64,000 nucleotides of DNA from Bacteroidia bacterium (lineage in GTDB: Bacteria > Bacteroidota > Bacteroidia > AKYH767-A > OLB10), in the NCBI GenBank assembly GCA_016788065.1, contig JAEUTI010000026.1, forward strand, positions 2,290 to 66,289, given 5' to 3'. The notes under the pieces are model-generated. The model was not told where the DNA came from, did not search any database, and saw nothing but the letters and a program-made list of their open reading frames with translations. Positions 32,494 through 40,702 of the stretch are shown here, piece by piece (the stretch's first letter is position 1; each line of letters opens with the position of its first letter). The position numbers and the translations under genes are program-made.

Positions 32494-33900
32494 ATGCAAA
32501 CCATGAAATTACATAAATATATATCACCCATGTTTCAACTAAATAATTATCCTGTATTTTTTGGAATGATTTTAAATTTCTTTGTACTGTCGGGTTGTTC
32601 TGAAAAATCTGCAAGTAATGCAGGAGAAGCAGAACATGGACATGAGGAAGAAGGTGTGCATGAGAATGCCTTGACAGCTTCTCTTACTGCAGCACAGATA
32701 AAGAGCATTGGAATTGTTTTGGGCAATATTGAAAAAAAGCAATTGACCGCTTCGCTCAGAGCAAATGGACTGTTAAAGGTTCCGAATCAGAATCGTGCAA
32801 CCATTTCAACCATGGCTGATGGTGTTGTAAAGTCGATTTTAGTTCAGCCGGGAAATTCTGTTCGCATCGGACAGATTATAGCCACCTTATCCGGAACTTC
32901 TATCATTGCAATGCAGGAAGAGTATCTCGCGGTTAGTGCCAGGGTGCTGTTATCTGAGTCAGATTTTTATCGCCAGCAGGAATTACAAAAAGGTAATGCA
33001 ACGTCTGCTAAAGTTTATCAACAGTCCGAGGCTGACCTGAAATCGCTCAAAGCGCGAAAATCAGGACTGCAAAAGCAATTGGAATTGGTTGGTATCAGTG
33101 TTAATGAATTGACAAGTGAAAATTTTCAATCCAGCGTCAATATTACCAGTCCGATAAACGGTGTAGTTAGTGATGTTTTAGTCAACATAGGAAGTTTTGT
33201 CGAAGCGAATAATCCAATCGCCACAATTGTGGATAATTCTCAGCTTCACCTTGATTTGTATGTGTATGAGAAGGATTTATCAAAACTCAAAGAAGGTCAG
33301 ACTATTCATTTTACACTAACAAATAACCCCGGAAAAGAATATGATGCAAAGATTTATGCCATAAGCAACACATTTGAATCAAATTCAAAAGCTGTATCTG
33401 TACACGCACAGGTTTTGGGTGATAAATCCGGTTTAATTGATGGAATGAGTATAACTGCAATAGTGAGCTTAAGCGAAACAGCCGTTGATGCAGTTCCAAC
33501 GGAATCGATTGTTAGTTTTGAAGGACAGGATTTTATTTTCGTAGTTTCTGATGCTCATAATGAAGAAGAACATCATGGTGATGGGGATGGGCATAATCAC
33601 GACGAACATGGGCACGAACACAAAGACTCAGAAATTTCTGATAAAAAAATGACACATGAACATGAAGACGGTGAATCGCATGCTGAACATAGCGATTCAG
33701 AAGAAGTGCATGAAACTAATGTAACTTCTGCCGGCATGCTCACTTTTGAACGGATTCCTGTGGCCAAAGGCACAACCGATATTGGCTACTCGGAAATTAC
33801 TTTATTGAAGGATATTCCGGCGAATGCCCAAATAGTTACAAAAGGTGCATTTTTCGTGCTGGGTAAAATGACCAATGCTGGTGAAGGTCATGAGCATTGA
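32494..33900 (+). CDS. RND efflux periplasmic adaptor (CzcB/CusB-like) lipoprotein with His-rich segments
   Basis: Lipobox LSGC, HlyD/MFP-type barrel-sandwich and coiled-coil pattern. His-rich stretches at the N-terminus, at 33556-33714, and in the C-terminal GEGHEH. Confidence 0.85.
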   Translation: MQTMKLHKYISPMFQLNNYPVFFGMILNFFVLSGCSEKSASNAGEAEHGHEEEGVHENALTASLTAAQIKSIGIVLGNIEKKQLTASLRANGLLKVPNQNRATISTMADGVVKSILVQPGNSVRIGQIIATLSGTSIIAMQEEYLAVSARVLLSESDFYRQQELQKGNATSAKVYQQSEADLKSLKARKSGLQKQLELVGISVNELTSENFQSSVNITSPINGVVSDVLVNIGSFVEANNPIATIVDNSQLHLDLYVYEKDLSKLKEGQTIHFTLTNNPGKEYDAKIYAISNTFESNSKAVSVHAQVLGDKSGLIDGMSITAIVSLSETAVDAVPTESIVSFEGQDFIFVVSDAHNEEEHHGDGDGHNHDEHGHEHKDSEISDKKMTHEHEDGESHAEHSDSEEVHETNVTSAGMLTFERIPVAKGTTDIGYSEITLLKDIPANAQIVTKGAFFVLGKMTNAGEGHEH

Positions 33901-33929
33901 AAATTAATGAATTACATTCAAATTGACTC

Positions 33930-34295
33930 ATGAAGTTGAATACATTGATGCCAAAGGCATTAGAAGCATTCTATAACCTGGAATTATCAAATGCCGAAGC
34001 CGCTTTTAAGATGAAGCACTATCAACAGAGCTGGAGACATCTTGAGCGCGCGCATATTTTAGGCCAGCCATATCCGATAGCCCATTCAATGGTGCATTGG
34101 AGAATGCTTCTTTTCGGCATTAAAACAAAAAACATTTCTGAAATTATCGGGCAAATTCCCCGACTCCTATTTGGAGGAGTAAAATCGTTTGTTGGAAAAA
34201 TACCAGTTGGAAATACCGGAGGAGCCAATGTTCCTCCATTGAAGCCTATGGATATTCCAGACGATTTGATACAAATAATTAATAATTATAAATAA
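33930..34295 (+). CDS. DUF3703-family protein
   Basis: W.HLERAHILGQ...H..ML.....GQ..R......GK.PVGNTGGANVP pattern as I recall for DUF3703. Confidence 0.65.
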   Translation: MKLNTLMPKALEAFYNLELSNAEAAFKMKHYQQSWRHLERAHILGQPYPIAHSMVHWRMLLFGIKTKNISEIIGQIPRLLFGGVKSFVGKIPVGNTGGANVPPLKPMDIPDDLIQIINNYK

Positions 34296-36181
34296 TGAGA
34301 CTTCCTCTTAAAGACAAGAAATTTATTTTTCTGTTAGTGGCAATTTTGGTAGTTGTTACACTTGAAATATTTTCCATTTTTGGAATTGATATGCCAATGC
34401 CATATGCACCTTTCATTTATGTTGCTTTTATATTGGCAATTGGACATAAAGTTATTTGGAATGGCTTTCAGGCACTATTTAGGTTGAATTTCAGCAGCAT
34501 CAACTTATTAATGGTTATTGCTGTTGTTGGAGCGTTTTATCTGGGAGAATACCCTGAGGCTGCGGTTGTAATTGTTTTATATGTATTAGGTGAACGCCTG
34601 GAAGATATAGGAATAGCAAATAGTAAGTCAGCATTGGATGATTTGGTTTCAAAATCTCCTAAAACAGCTTTCATTAAAGCATCTGGAATTGATGTCCCAA
34701 TTGATAAGATTGAGATAGGCACAATTATTCAGGTTAAACCTCATGATATGATTCCGCTTGATGGAATTATTGAATACGGCGAATCCGCAGTTGATGAAGC
34801 TGCAATCACCGGTGAACCTATACCTAAAGATAAGCACAAGGGAGATTTGGTTTTTGCCGGTACACTTAACAAAAGTGGTTTTATTGAAATCAAGACCACT
34901 AAACTTTCCACTGACACTACTTTTTCCAAAATAATAAAATTAACATTTGAGGTCAGTGCGAATAAAAGTAAAACGCAAAAGTTTATTCAACAATTTGCCA
35001 AAATATATACTCCTTCAGTTATAGTTTTAGCTGCATTGTTATTTGTAGTACCTGTTTTCTTGTTAAATAAAGATATGAATCACTGGCTTGAACAGGCTAT
35101 TACCTTATTAGTAATTGCTTGTCCATGTGCGCTTGTTATATCAACACCGGTAGCTATCTATGCAGCTATTGGAAATGCCTCTTCAAAAGGAGTATTAATT
35201 AAAGGTGGGAAATATTTGGAATTATTGGCGGGTGTTAACGCAATATGTCTTGATAAAACAAGGACTATTACATTTGGTAATCCTGTGGTTTCAGATGTAA
35301 TTCCTCTCAATGGGACCAGTCGAGAAGAATTATTGGCATGTGCAGCAGGTGCTGAAGTATTTAGCGAGCACCCGCTTGCACAGGCCATTGTAGATGCTGC
35401 AAAAAATGCAGGATATAAAATTCATGCTGCCGAAAAATTCGAAAGCATTATAGGCAAAGGAGCTATAGCAAAATGTCTTGTTTGTGAGGATGAAACAATT
35501 CTCATAGGAAAGCTTCAATTTATTGGCGAAAGCCAGCCCATCACCAACGATGCCGAACAAATAGTCAAAAAACTCTCTGAGCAAGGCAAAACAAGTGTCG
35601 TAGTAAGTTTTGGAAATGGGGTTGCAGGAATTATTGGCTTAATGGATGAAATTAAACCAGATAGTGCCGAGGCCATCAAGGAATTCAGGATTATGGGAAT
35701 TGAACCGATTATGTTAACCGGGGATAGCATTTTATCAGCCAACTATGTTGCAGATATTGTTCACATTAAAGAAATATTTGGAGGCCTTCTTCCTGAAGAT
35801 AAAGCAGCTCGAATCAAAGAATCCATTTTAAAATATAAAAGCGTTGCAATGGTAGGAGATGGAATCAATGATGCGCCCGCCTTAGCTCAATCAACTGTTG
35901 GTATAGCCATGGGAGCCGCAGGCAGTGATACTGCTATTGAAACCGCTAACATCGCTTTAATGAACGATAAACTGTCGCTCATTCCTTTTCTTATACGATT
36001 ATCCAAATCAACATTATTCAGAATAAAAATGAATACCATCGGAGCTATATCAATCAAGGTGCTCTTTATATTATTGGCATTCATGGGATATGGAAATTTG
36101 GTGATGGCTATTGCAGCTGATGTGGGCGTTACCTTGATTGTGATATTGATAAGTCTGAACTTAATGAAGTTTGAATCTTAA
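34295..36181 (+). CDS. heavy-metal (Zn/Cd/Co-type) P1B-type ATPase lacking an N-terminal metal-binding domain
   Basis: TGEP, CPC (35120-35128), SEHPL, TGD and GDGINDAPAL are all present. The phosphorylation motif reads DKTRT (35252-35266). The start overlaps the upstream stop (TAATG). Confidence 0.9.
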   Translation: MRLPLKDKKFIFLLVAILVVVTLEIFSIFGIDMPMPYAPFIYVAFILAIGHKVIWNGFQALFRLNFSSINLLMVIAVVGAFYLGEYPEAAVVIVLYVLGERLEDIGIANSKSALDDLVSKSPKTAFIKASGIDVPIDKIEIGTIIQVKPHDMIPLDGIIEYGESAVDEAAITGEPIPKDKHKGDLVFAGTLNKSGFIEIKTTKLSTDTTFSKIIKLTFEVSANKSKTQKFIQQFAKIYTPSVIVLAALLFVVPVFLLNKDMNHWLEQAITLLVIACPCALVISTPVAIYAAIGNASSKGVLIKGGKYLELLAGVNAICLDKTRTITFGNPVVSDVIPLNGTSREELLACAAGAEVFSEHPLAQAIVDAAKNAGYKIHAAEKFESIIGKGAIAKCLVCEDETILIGKLQFIGESQPITNDAEQIVKKLSEQGKTSVVVSFGNGVAGIIGLMDEIKPDSAEAIKEFRIMGIEPIMLTGDSILSANYVADIVHIKEIFGGLLPEDKAARIKESILKYKSVAMVGDGINDAPALAQSTVGIAMGAAGSDTAIETANIALMNDKLSLIPFLIRLSKSTLFRIKMNTIGAISIKVLFILLAFMGYGNLVMAIAADVGVTLIVILISLNLMKFES

Positions 36182-36407
36182 ATTTTTAATGGAAAAGTGC
36201 AAAATATTTCGTATCTTCACGGTAATGGAAAATTTTAGTTCAAGTCTGCCATTTGGAAAGAAATCAAAATCAGTTTTGGCATCCAAAGGACCTTTTTCTC
36301 AAAATACCGGTACAGAAGTGCATATCGCTTCACCTGGCGCTTCACCGCTCATACTCGGTTCCATGTACTAATCGCCAAATCAATAACTTATGCAAGGTTG
36401 TCCGGAG

Positions 36408-36423
36408 TCTGCTCGCGACCTCG
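36408..36423 (+). repeat. att-like direct repeat, copy 2 (displaced tRNA-Cys 3' end)
   Basis: TCTGCTCGCGACCTCG is identical to 27418-27433. The 5' flank (TGCAAGGTTGT) loosely resembles the tRNA anticodon/variable region. Confidence 0.8.
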
Positions 36424-36430
36424 GTTAGAA

Positions 36431-36463
36431 AAAGCCGTTTCAACTTTGTTGAAACGGCTTTTT
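36431..36463 (+). terminator. rho-independent terminator immediately after the tRNA 3' remnant
   Basis: AGCCGTTTCAAC-TTTG-TTGAAACGGCT stem-loop followed by a T run, with an A run upstream. Confidence 0.6.
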
Positions 36464-36465
36464 CG

Positions 36466-36607
36466 TTGACTTGGTCGCTATGCTCCCTGTTAAGTTGGTC
36501 GCTATGCTCCCTGTTAAGTTGGTCGCTTCGCTCCGGTGTTTTATTTGGTTCGCTTTGCTCACTGTGTTTGAGTGGTTCGCTTCGGCGCTAGAGTTGGTTG
36601 GTTTCCC
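36466..36607. repeat. degenerate tandem repeat array (5-6 units of 24-28 bp, core TTGGT(C/T)CGCT)
   Basis: TTGACTTGGTCGCTATGCTCCCTG / TTAAGTTGGTCGCTATGCTCCCTG / TTAAGTTGGTCGCTTCGCTCCGGTG / TTTTATTTGGTTCGCTTTGCTCACTGTG / TTTGAGTGGTTCGCTTCGGCGCTAGAG / TTGGTTGGTTTCCC. Confidence 0.85.
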
Positions 36608-36654
36608 ATTTTGACTTCAAGTTGTTAATTTTACATTAGAAGAATTTAGTAACC

Positions 36655-37005
36655 ATGGACAACTCAAGAATCTACAAAATGTCTTTTGCAGGAGTATATC
36701 CGATGTATATTCAGAAAGCTGAGAAAAAGGGACGGACCAAAGAGGAAGTTGATGCTATTATTTTCTGGCTTACTGGATACAACGAAAAATCGCTGCAAAA
36801 ACAAATCGATAAGAAAACCAATTTTGAAACCTTTTTTGCCGAAGCACCCCAACTTAACCCGAATGTTTCCAAAATAACCGGTGTTATTTGTGGTTATCGT
36901 GTTGAAGAAATTGAAGATAAACTGGTGCAGAAAGTCAGGTACCTTGATAAGTTGATTGATGAACTGGCGAAAGGCAAAACCATGGAAAAGATTTTGAGGA
37001 GCTGA
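36655..37005 (+). CDS. DUF2200-family protein
   Basis: Strong match to the family pattern I recall ([27 protein letters not shown]...LTGY...[14 protein letters not shown]...[21 protein letters not shown]). Confidence 0.75.
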   Translation: MDNSRIYKMSFAGVYPMYIQKAEKKGRTKEEVDAIIFWLTGYNEKSLQKQIDKKTNFETFFAEAPQLNPNVSKITGVICGYRVEEIEDKLVQKVRYLDKLIDELAKGKTMEKILRS

Positions 37006-37097
37006 TGGTTGTTTGGTAATGCAATTAATTGCCCTTTATTTTCACAAATGTTAACTATCTGGAAAAAATGTTTAATTTTATCTTTAAAATTAAGCTT

Positions 37098-38744
37098 ATG
37101 AAAACAACCTTTCCTGAATTCGGCAATTTTCTGAAAATATTTTTGCTTATCGCATTTTTGAATATCTCCACTAACAACCTAAATGCGCAATCGAGTTTCG
37201 ATATGAGGATTGATAATGCAATTGGAAGTACTTCTGCATTTTCCTGGGCCGACAACATAGTGCCTTGTGTCGATGGAGGTTATTTTTTAACAGGATTATA
37301 TTTTGCAGGTTATTATATTATTAAAACGGATGATGCAGGTACCATTGAATGGAGCAAAAGCTTGCCAATGAATAATCCGGTAGATCTTTTCCCATCAGAA
37401 ATAATTGCAACACATGACAGTGGCTTTTATTTTATGAGTAATTTAGTAGATGGTATGTTCGGGACATACATTTATCCAACCATTTTTAAGTCTGATAAAT
37501 TTGGCAATTTTCAAAAGGCAAAATATACACCCTTCAATATGTTTGGAACTATTGGCCATAATTTTGATTTTGGCGATGTTGATAGTGTCACCAATGAATT
37601 GTTGCTTCATGGTACCTATTATATCTACAATGGTTCAAATGGTGCTTGTTGTTATGAGCATTTTGCATTTAAACTCGATACTGCACTAAACATCCAGTTT
37701 ATTACCCGTCTCGATAATTCTATTCCAGGAAAATATTTGAGGAATGACCCAACCATAAAACAAGTTAGAATAAATAATCAGTTAGCTGGTTATCTTGCAA
37801 CAGGATTGGTTGATGTTGGAACTAGCCCCAGGAATTCTATTATTAATTTTTTAGATACTTCAGGTAATTTGGTGTGGACCAGAGAATATACTGGAGTGAG
37901 CATAAGTGACTTCGTGCAGGTTGACAGTAGTTTTTATTTTATTTCTAATCACCCAACACCCACTGCTACTATTTCTACAATTGTAAAAACAGATCTTACA
38001 GGAAATATTATTTTCAGCAAGGAATTCCAGGGGGTAGAACCAATCAGAACGGAAAGCATTGATTTATCTTCAGATAGTATGCTACTGATTTCCGGACAAT
38101 ATAGAAGTTTAGTTGCGGGGCCCTTTTCAACTTTGATTCTTAAAGCGGATCTTGATTTGGATAGTATAACAGCTATGGAAGGAGTATTGCCTACACCTAC
38201 CCATTGGATAAAAAGCACCCCTGTCGAAAATTCTGCCGGAACTTTTTTGATCTCCAGAGTTCAGATGTACGGGAACTCAAGAAAAGCGATTCATGAAAAA
38301 GTTGAATTTGATAACCCTTTGTGTAATTACAACATTATTCCTGTTACTACAATTCCTTTAACATTAACGGATACTATTCGGAGCTTTACAAATGTGCCTT
38401 ACCTAATAAATAGCTATGACACAATTCAGGCATTCATTCCGGAAAATTTTGCATTTAGCAGCCCTTGTCTGACATTAGATATAGAGGATTTGAATGGTAA
38501 TCCTGATATTAATCTCCTGAATGTAAATCCCAATCCAGCCAGTGACTACATTGAGCTATCACTTGATGAAACTGAGAATTCTTCTCAAGTAACAATTTAT
38601 AACATCACCGGCGAAGCTGTTGGTAAATTTGAAATGGTCGGGAACATTAGAATAATTCCTATAGCCGATTTGTCACAGGGTATTTATTTTGTGAATGTGA
38701 TAACAGAAAAACAGCAATTTAATGCTAAGTTTATTAAGCTTTGA
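37098..38744 (+). CDS. secreted protein with T9SS type A C-terminal sorting domain
   Basis: Signal peptide ending in LNAQ. The C-terminus is VNPNPASDYIELSL...GIYFVNV...KFIKL. Start at ATG 37098. Confidence 0.7.
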   Translation: MKTTFPEFGNFLKIFLLIAFLNISTNNLNAQSSFDMRIDNAIGSTSAFSWADNIVPCVDGGYFLTGLYFAGYYIIKTDDAGTIEWSKSLPMNNPVDLFPSEIIATHDSGFYFMSNLVDGMFGTYIYPTIFKSDKFGNFQKAKYTPFNMFGTIGHNFDFGDVDSVTNELLLHGTYYIYNGSNGACCYEHFAFKLDTALNIQFITRLDNSIPGKYLRNDPTIKQVRINNQLAGYLATGLVDVGTSPRNSIINFLDTSGNLVWTREYTGVSISDFVQVDSSFYFISNHPTPTATISTIVKTDLTGNIIFSKEFQGVEPIRTESIDLSSDSMLLISGQYRSLVAGPFSTLILKADLDLDSITAMEGVLPTPTHWIKSTPVENSAGTFLISRVQMYGNSRKAIHEKVEFDNPLCNYNIIPVTTIPLTLTDTIRSFTNVPYLINSYDTIQAFIPENFAFSSPCLTLDIEDLNGNPDINLLNVNPNPASDYIELSLDETENSSQVTIYNITGEAVGKFEMVGNIRIIPIADLSQGIYFVNVITEKQQFNAKFIKL

Positions 38745-38925
38745 TTTTGATGGGGATGAATTAAGCCAATGCTTCTTTTTCAGGGACTTGGTCGGTTTCA
38801 ACTCTGCACTAACATTTGCAAGCCACTGATAATGAATAGTATGTGAATTGAAGCCGCATTGATTTGGTAGTCTGGAACTAAACTTTTACTTTAGTACTAA
38901 CCAGACAACTAACCACAAGTCTATC

Positions 38926-39903
38926 ATGCTATTCATCAGGTTCAAATATTTCATTATTTGTTTGTTTGTAGCAGTGTTACTTCCTTTTTATGGAGTTACA
39001 CAAAACCTGGTTAATAATCCCAGCTTCGAAGACACAGTAAGTTGTCCAACGAATGAACATCAGCTATGGCGTACAAATGGTTGGTACACGGTTAATCAGA
39101 CTCCTGACTATTTTAATTCCTGTACCGATAATGCAGATATTGATGTGCCGGTAAATTATTTTGGAAACACTATTCCTGCAGATGGAAATGCATATGTTGG
39201 TTTGGTTTCGTATGTGAGTACGACTCCTGATTTTAGAGAAATTATAGGTACCGAACTTAAACAACCATTGGTGCCCGGGACGAGATATTATATTTCTGCC
39301 TGTATTATCAGACCTGATACTTCCATTGCCGATTGTGTAGTAAATAAATTTGGATTCAAATTCTCAAATACTTTTTTGCCTTCAACTTCTGTAGTCGATA
39401 ATTATTCGCACTTTAACACCGATTCAATTTTCCGTGATAAAAATGATTGGGCAACAATTAAAGGAAGCTTTGTTGCAGACTCTGCTTATTCATTCTTGTT
39501 TATTGGCAATTTTTATACTGATGCCGATGTTAATGTTTCAGATTGTTCAACTCCGGCAGGTTATCACTTCGCCTATAATTTTATTGACATGATTTGTGTT
39601 TCTGCTGATTCCTCAAAGTTAAATTACTCCTGTAATGCTACTGTTGGGTTTTCTGATGAGGTATCAGCAAGTGAATTCAAAATTTCTCCAAATCCTTTCA
39701 ATGAATTTATTTCACTTCAATTTGGTAAATCATCCTCATATACTTTTGTAATTTCAGATGTTTCCGGTAAGGTTGTAGTTAGTCAGGATTATGAAGGTAA
39801 TGCTGTGATTGAAACAAATCATCTTCCCAAAGGCATTTATTTTTATAAAATGGTTGATGATAACGGAAAGTATAAAATGGGAAAGCTTGTAAAGACGCTT
39901 TAA
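38926..39903 (+). CDS. secreted protein with T9SS type A C-terminal sorting domain
   Basis: A signal peptide is present. The C-terminus is ISPNPFNEFISLQF...GIYFYKM...KLVKTL. Confidence 0.7.
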   Translation: MLFIRFKYFIICLFVAVLLPFYGVTQNLVNNPSFEDTVSCPTNEHQLWRTNGWYTVNQTPDYFNSCTDNADIDVPVNYFGNTIPADGNAYVGLVSYVSTTPDFREIIGTELKQPLVPGTRYYISACIIRPDTSIADCVVNKFGFKFSNTFLPSTSVVDNYSHFNTDSIFRDKNDWATIKGSFVADSAYSFLFIGNFYTDADVNVSDCSTPAGYHFAYNFIDMICVSADSSKLNYSCNATVGFSDEVSASEFKISPNPFNEFISLQFGKSSSYTFVISDVSGKVVVSQDYEGNAVIETNHLPKGIYFYKMVDDNGKYKMGKLVKTL

Positions 39904-39932
39904 TGTTCAAAATCAGGTTAGGATAAAGATAT

Positions 39933-40634
39933 TTACACAGAGGGGAAAGATATTGCCATCAAAACCATAATTTTCCCGAGAATATTTTTTGTCAATGTTT
40001 TTGATACAGCTTCTCCAACCGAATTTACCTGAAGTTTCTGGTAGAGCTTTTTAATATGTGAATGGACTGTTTCATAGCTAACGTTTAGTTCTGAAGCAAT
40101 CATTTTATACGATTTTCCTTTCACCAATAAATTCAAAACATCGTATTCTCTGCTACTCAATTGTAACGTATCGTCTTCTGATGATGGCTTTGATGGGGGA
40201 TGGATTTTAGAGAATTTATTCAATACTTTTCGTGCGATTACCGGAGTCATAGGTGCGCCGCCCTGATGTACTTCTTCGATTTGTGATATAAGTGATTCCA
40301 TGCTCGCGTTTTTTAAAACATAGCCATTGGCACCTGCACAAATAGAGTTGAAAACTTTTTCATCATCTTCGAAGCCTGTGAGCATTAAAACAGGTAGTTC
40401 GGGATATTTCACCCGCAGTTTCGTGACACCTTCAATGCCATTTACTCCCGGCATATCAATATCCATAATGACTACGTCAGGCTTGGTAGAGGCAATATCT
40501 TTCAGCAAATTATCGTAATTTTCAAACGAATCCACTATTTCCATGGTGTCAGTAGTGGAAAGCAGTAACTTAACCGATTCCCTAACATTCTTATTGTCAT
40601 CGAATATTATTACACGAAGCTTTGGGGTTTTCAT
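39933..40634 (-). CDS. NarL/FixJ (LuxR-type) response regulator
   Basis: Receiver domain (IIFDDN, VVIMDIDMPG, LTGF, K in YVLKN) plus a LuxR HTH (LSSREYDVLNLLVKGKSYKMIASELNVSYETVHSHIKKLYQKL). Confidence 0.9.
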   Translation of the reverse strand: MKTPKLRVIIFDDNKNVRESVKLLLSTTDTMEIVDSFENYDNLLKDIASTKPDVVIMDIDMPGVNGIEGVTKLRVKYPELPVLMLTGFEDDEKVFNSICAGANGYVLKNASMESLISQIEEVHQGGAPMTPVIARKVLNKFSKIHPPSKPSSEDDTLQLSSREYDVLNLLVKGKSYKMIASELNVSYETVHSHIKKLYQKLQVNSVGEAVSKTLTKNILGKIMVLMAISFPSV

Positions 40635-40702
40635 GATTCAATTTTAAGCAATATTAATCACCACCTCTATTCTTTACAATCACCAGTATTGGTTAAATTC
40701 TG

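Larger units (their letters stand above)
27432..36423 (+). mobile_element. putative integrase-less genomic islet (heavy-metal efflux cassette) inserted at tRNA-Cys
   Basis: Bounded by the intact tRNA 3' end and an exact 16-bp direct copy 8990 bp downstream. The distal copy carries its own terminator. The cargo is functionally coherent. No recombinase ORF is present. Confidence 0.5.

Noticed and set aside
36182-36423. Possible tmRNA or other tRNA-like ncRNA ending in the tRNA-like 3' sequence
   Set aside because: Only the 3' T-stem/acceptor half is present. There is no T-loop, no matching 5' acceptor strand and no tag-ORF-like region. It is better explained as an att remnant.
36171-36591. Two + strand ORFs (66 and 112 aa) after the ATPase gene
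   Set aside because: They run through the tRNA 3' remnant, a terminator hairpin and the tandem repeat array. The translation is repeat-driven low complexity (SLCSLLSWSLCSLLSW).
36466-36607. CRISPR array
   Set aside because: The units abut each other without unique spacers, they degenerate progressively, and no cas genes are present.
38784-38793. GACTTGGTCG also found at 36468-36477, possibly bracketing a second insertion (DUF2200 plus T9SS cargo)
   Set aside because: It is only a 10-bp match. After the many comparisons I made by eye, its chance occurrence is not negligible, and there is no supporting tRNA, recombinase or target-duplication context.
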